Assembly: GCA_002104905.1 (NCBI GenBank)
Contig: MCFE01000453.1
Coordinates: 1 to 64,000, forward strand
Direction: 5' to 3'
From: Basidiobolus meristosporus CBS 931.73
Lineage: Eukaryota; Fungi; Basidiobolomycota
DNA: 64,000 nucleotides
A program made the translations under genes and the position numbers. Below the pieces are notes generated by a model. The model did no database searches and was not told the DNA's origin. It worked only from the letters and a program-made list of their open reading frames with translations. This document shows, piece by piece, positions 62,269 to 64,000 of the stretch. Numbering within the stretch: the first letter of the stretch is position 1; each line of letters starts with the position of its first letter.

Positions 62269-63380
62269 ATGTCAGATCCATTCATGTTCTTGCTAAATGA
62301 TTTTAGTATGGCCCAGGTGTCTATGAAGAGCCTTTGTACAGATATTTTGGTACTACTCATTAATCTGGCAGAACTAGATACCTCAAATAGTCAACAGAGA
62401 TGGAAGAACCTGAGTAGAAAGATGCAGCATGAGTTCTAAATCAAGATGCCAGCAGATGTATGTAAGTAGATATATTAAAAGACAAGTATGGAAATCAAGA
62501 ACAAGCTGAAAGTGAGGGGATTTGATGAGGAAGCCACATGGGAACAATTTTACATGCAATATGCTCAGTACAGGCCTGACATGTTTGTTTGTGCCTCAAC
62601 TTTGGGAACTAAAGAAATTTTGAATGAGTTTTTGCCTCAAATGACTAATGTACTATATGATATACTAGTAGAGCTAAGTGGCTTCCAAGAGCAATATACA
62701 CAGGACTCATCCATGCAACAGTTCCAAAGTATCAGAGAGAGGGTAAGTGAATACATGGAGGAACCAGAAGGTGAGCTCCAAGAGGAAGAATACAGACCGC
62801 AAGCAACAGCATTGAGATTGCATCAGCATGCTGGCGCACATCAGTCCAAACTATACCAACACCCTTAGCAAGAAAGCACCACATCAAGTCAATGCATGTT
62901 AGGTCAACACATGTGCTTCAGAGCAAAACCACCAGAACTTGCCAAACTGCTCATTTTGACACAAGTCCATTGGAGCAGGCTCAGTTGCATCAACAAGCAG
63001 CATCACATTGAGCTCAGCCAAGGGCCAAGCCAGCACATCAAGTTGTGCCTGCACATGCCATTACACCTGACAATCAGCAAGTTTCTTCTGGTGAACTAAC
63101 TGATGATGACCCACATGAAGTGCCTGCACCACCAGAGCCTTTGGGAAGTAAAAGATTGCATTAATGTGTAGCACTGCAGGCCAATTCAGTAGCATCATCC
63201 AGGCAATTAAGTGCGGCCAAGCTGCAGCATTGCACTCATCAACTAGGATGCAAAATACTGACTACAAATACACAAATAGCCAAGAGGATGGTCAACAAGG
63301 AAGCAGTTTGGGTGTGCAAAGTGAATCACTACAAAATCATCAGTAGTAATTCCTGTGAGAAAAAATCCAGGAGAAGATGA
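62269..63380 (+). pseudogene. Degenerate accessory (MADF-like) gene of the older element
   Basis: Colinear with 59494-60633. Premature stops, frameshifts and essentially all CG converted to TG/CA. Confidence 0.85.
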
Positions 63381-64000
63381 TGCAATTCTATTGAATTGCT
63401 ATCATTTGTCATAATCCAAACAACACATTTTTATTGTAATCCAAATCAAGCCATTGCAAATCAGTGATCACTAAATCTTTGACATAAGCAATATCAAGGT
63501 TGTTGCACATTTGAAATATTACCCCTATAAGTAAATACCCTGCACATATTTACATCATCTGTAACACCAGTGCAGCCATTTGATCTGTGTTGCACCTATC
63601 CAATTGGTTGTGGACTAGCAATGACACCTTGTCCAACCACTAGGATCAGGGATTTACTTGCTCAATGGGCAAAATGGGACATCTGATGGCAAATCAGGTA
63701 GCTTGTGTATTGATCAGAGAGCCAATTGGGGGCTGACAGCTTCAGGAAACTTTTGGACCAATTAATCACTGAGATGCCATTAAATTGAGGTTATGGTAAC
63801 CAAAATGGTAAGTATAAGTGTAGTTTATAGTGTGATTTGCATTGATTTCCATTTACATCAAAGAAATATATCTAAATACCATATTTACCTACCATAATAG
63901 TGGTATCCAAATGTGCATGTGATGCAAACATTACAGGTTGGTGCAATCATTTGTGCCAACCCCATTGAGTCAGATTGTGCCATAGTGTGCAAGATTGTCC

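Larger units (their letters stand above)
57346..64000. mobile_element. Older PIF/Harbinger-group (PHIS) element, interrupted at 58752-62154 and continuing past the window end
   Basis: Left terminus AGACTTGCTCTATTG. Transposase pseudogene on minus and accessory-gene pseudogene on plus. Colinear, in inverted orientation, with 58752-62154. Confidence 0.85.

Noticed and set aside
48100-64000. Classical ascomycete RIP as the cause of repeat decay
   Set aside because: The changes observed are at CpG rather than CpA, and long near-identical host-gene repeats in the same window appear unaffected.

Overview
Eukaryotic, almost certainly fungal DNA, with short GT-AG introns and fungal two-component and housekeeping genes. 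An early-diverging lineage is suspected by inference only. Left half: a COMT-family methyltransferase; a very large group III (NIK1/OS-1-type) hybrid histidine kinase with 20 full 92-aa HAMP units; a LEA_2-like membrane protein; APN2 (14-nt micro-exon); SEC14; AHA1; and a Git3/cAMP-receptor-like GPCR. Middle: a mosaic tandem array of four apparently intact class II O-methyltransferases plus one decayed copy, interleaved with Copia LTR remnants. It is followed by a compact 7-exon phytochrome-type hybrid kinase that retains the bilin-binding motifs. Right third: a CpG-eroded transposon stack (hAT remnant, Copia, Ty3/Gypsy). It ends in a two-gene PIF/Harbinger-group (PHIS) DNA transposon. A 3.4-kb copy with both ORFs open has inserted, inverted, into the divergent promoter of an older copy of its own family, with a verifiable TAT target-site duplication. 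Its 885-nt transposase ORF has no CG dinucleotide and all 28 Arg use AGR codons. No rRNA, tRNA or CRISPR array was recognised. All counts and alignments were done by eye.
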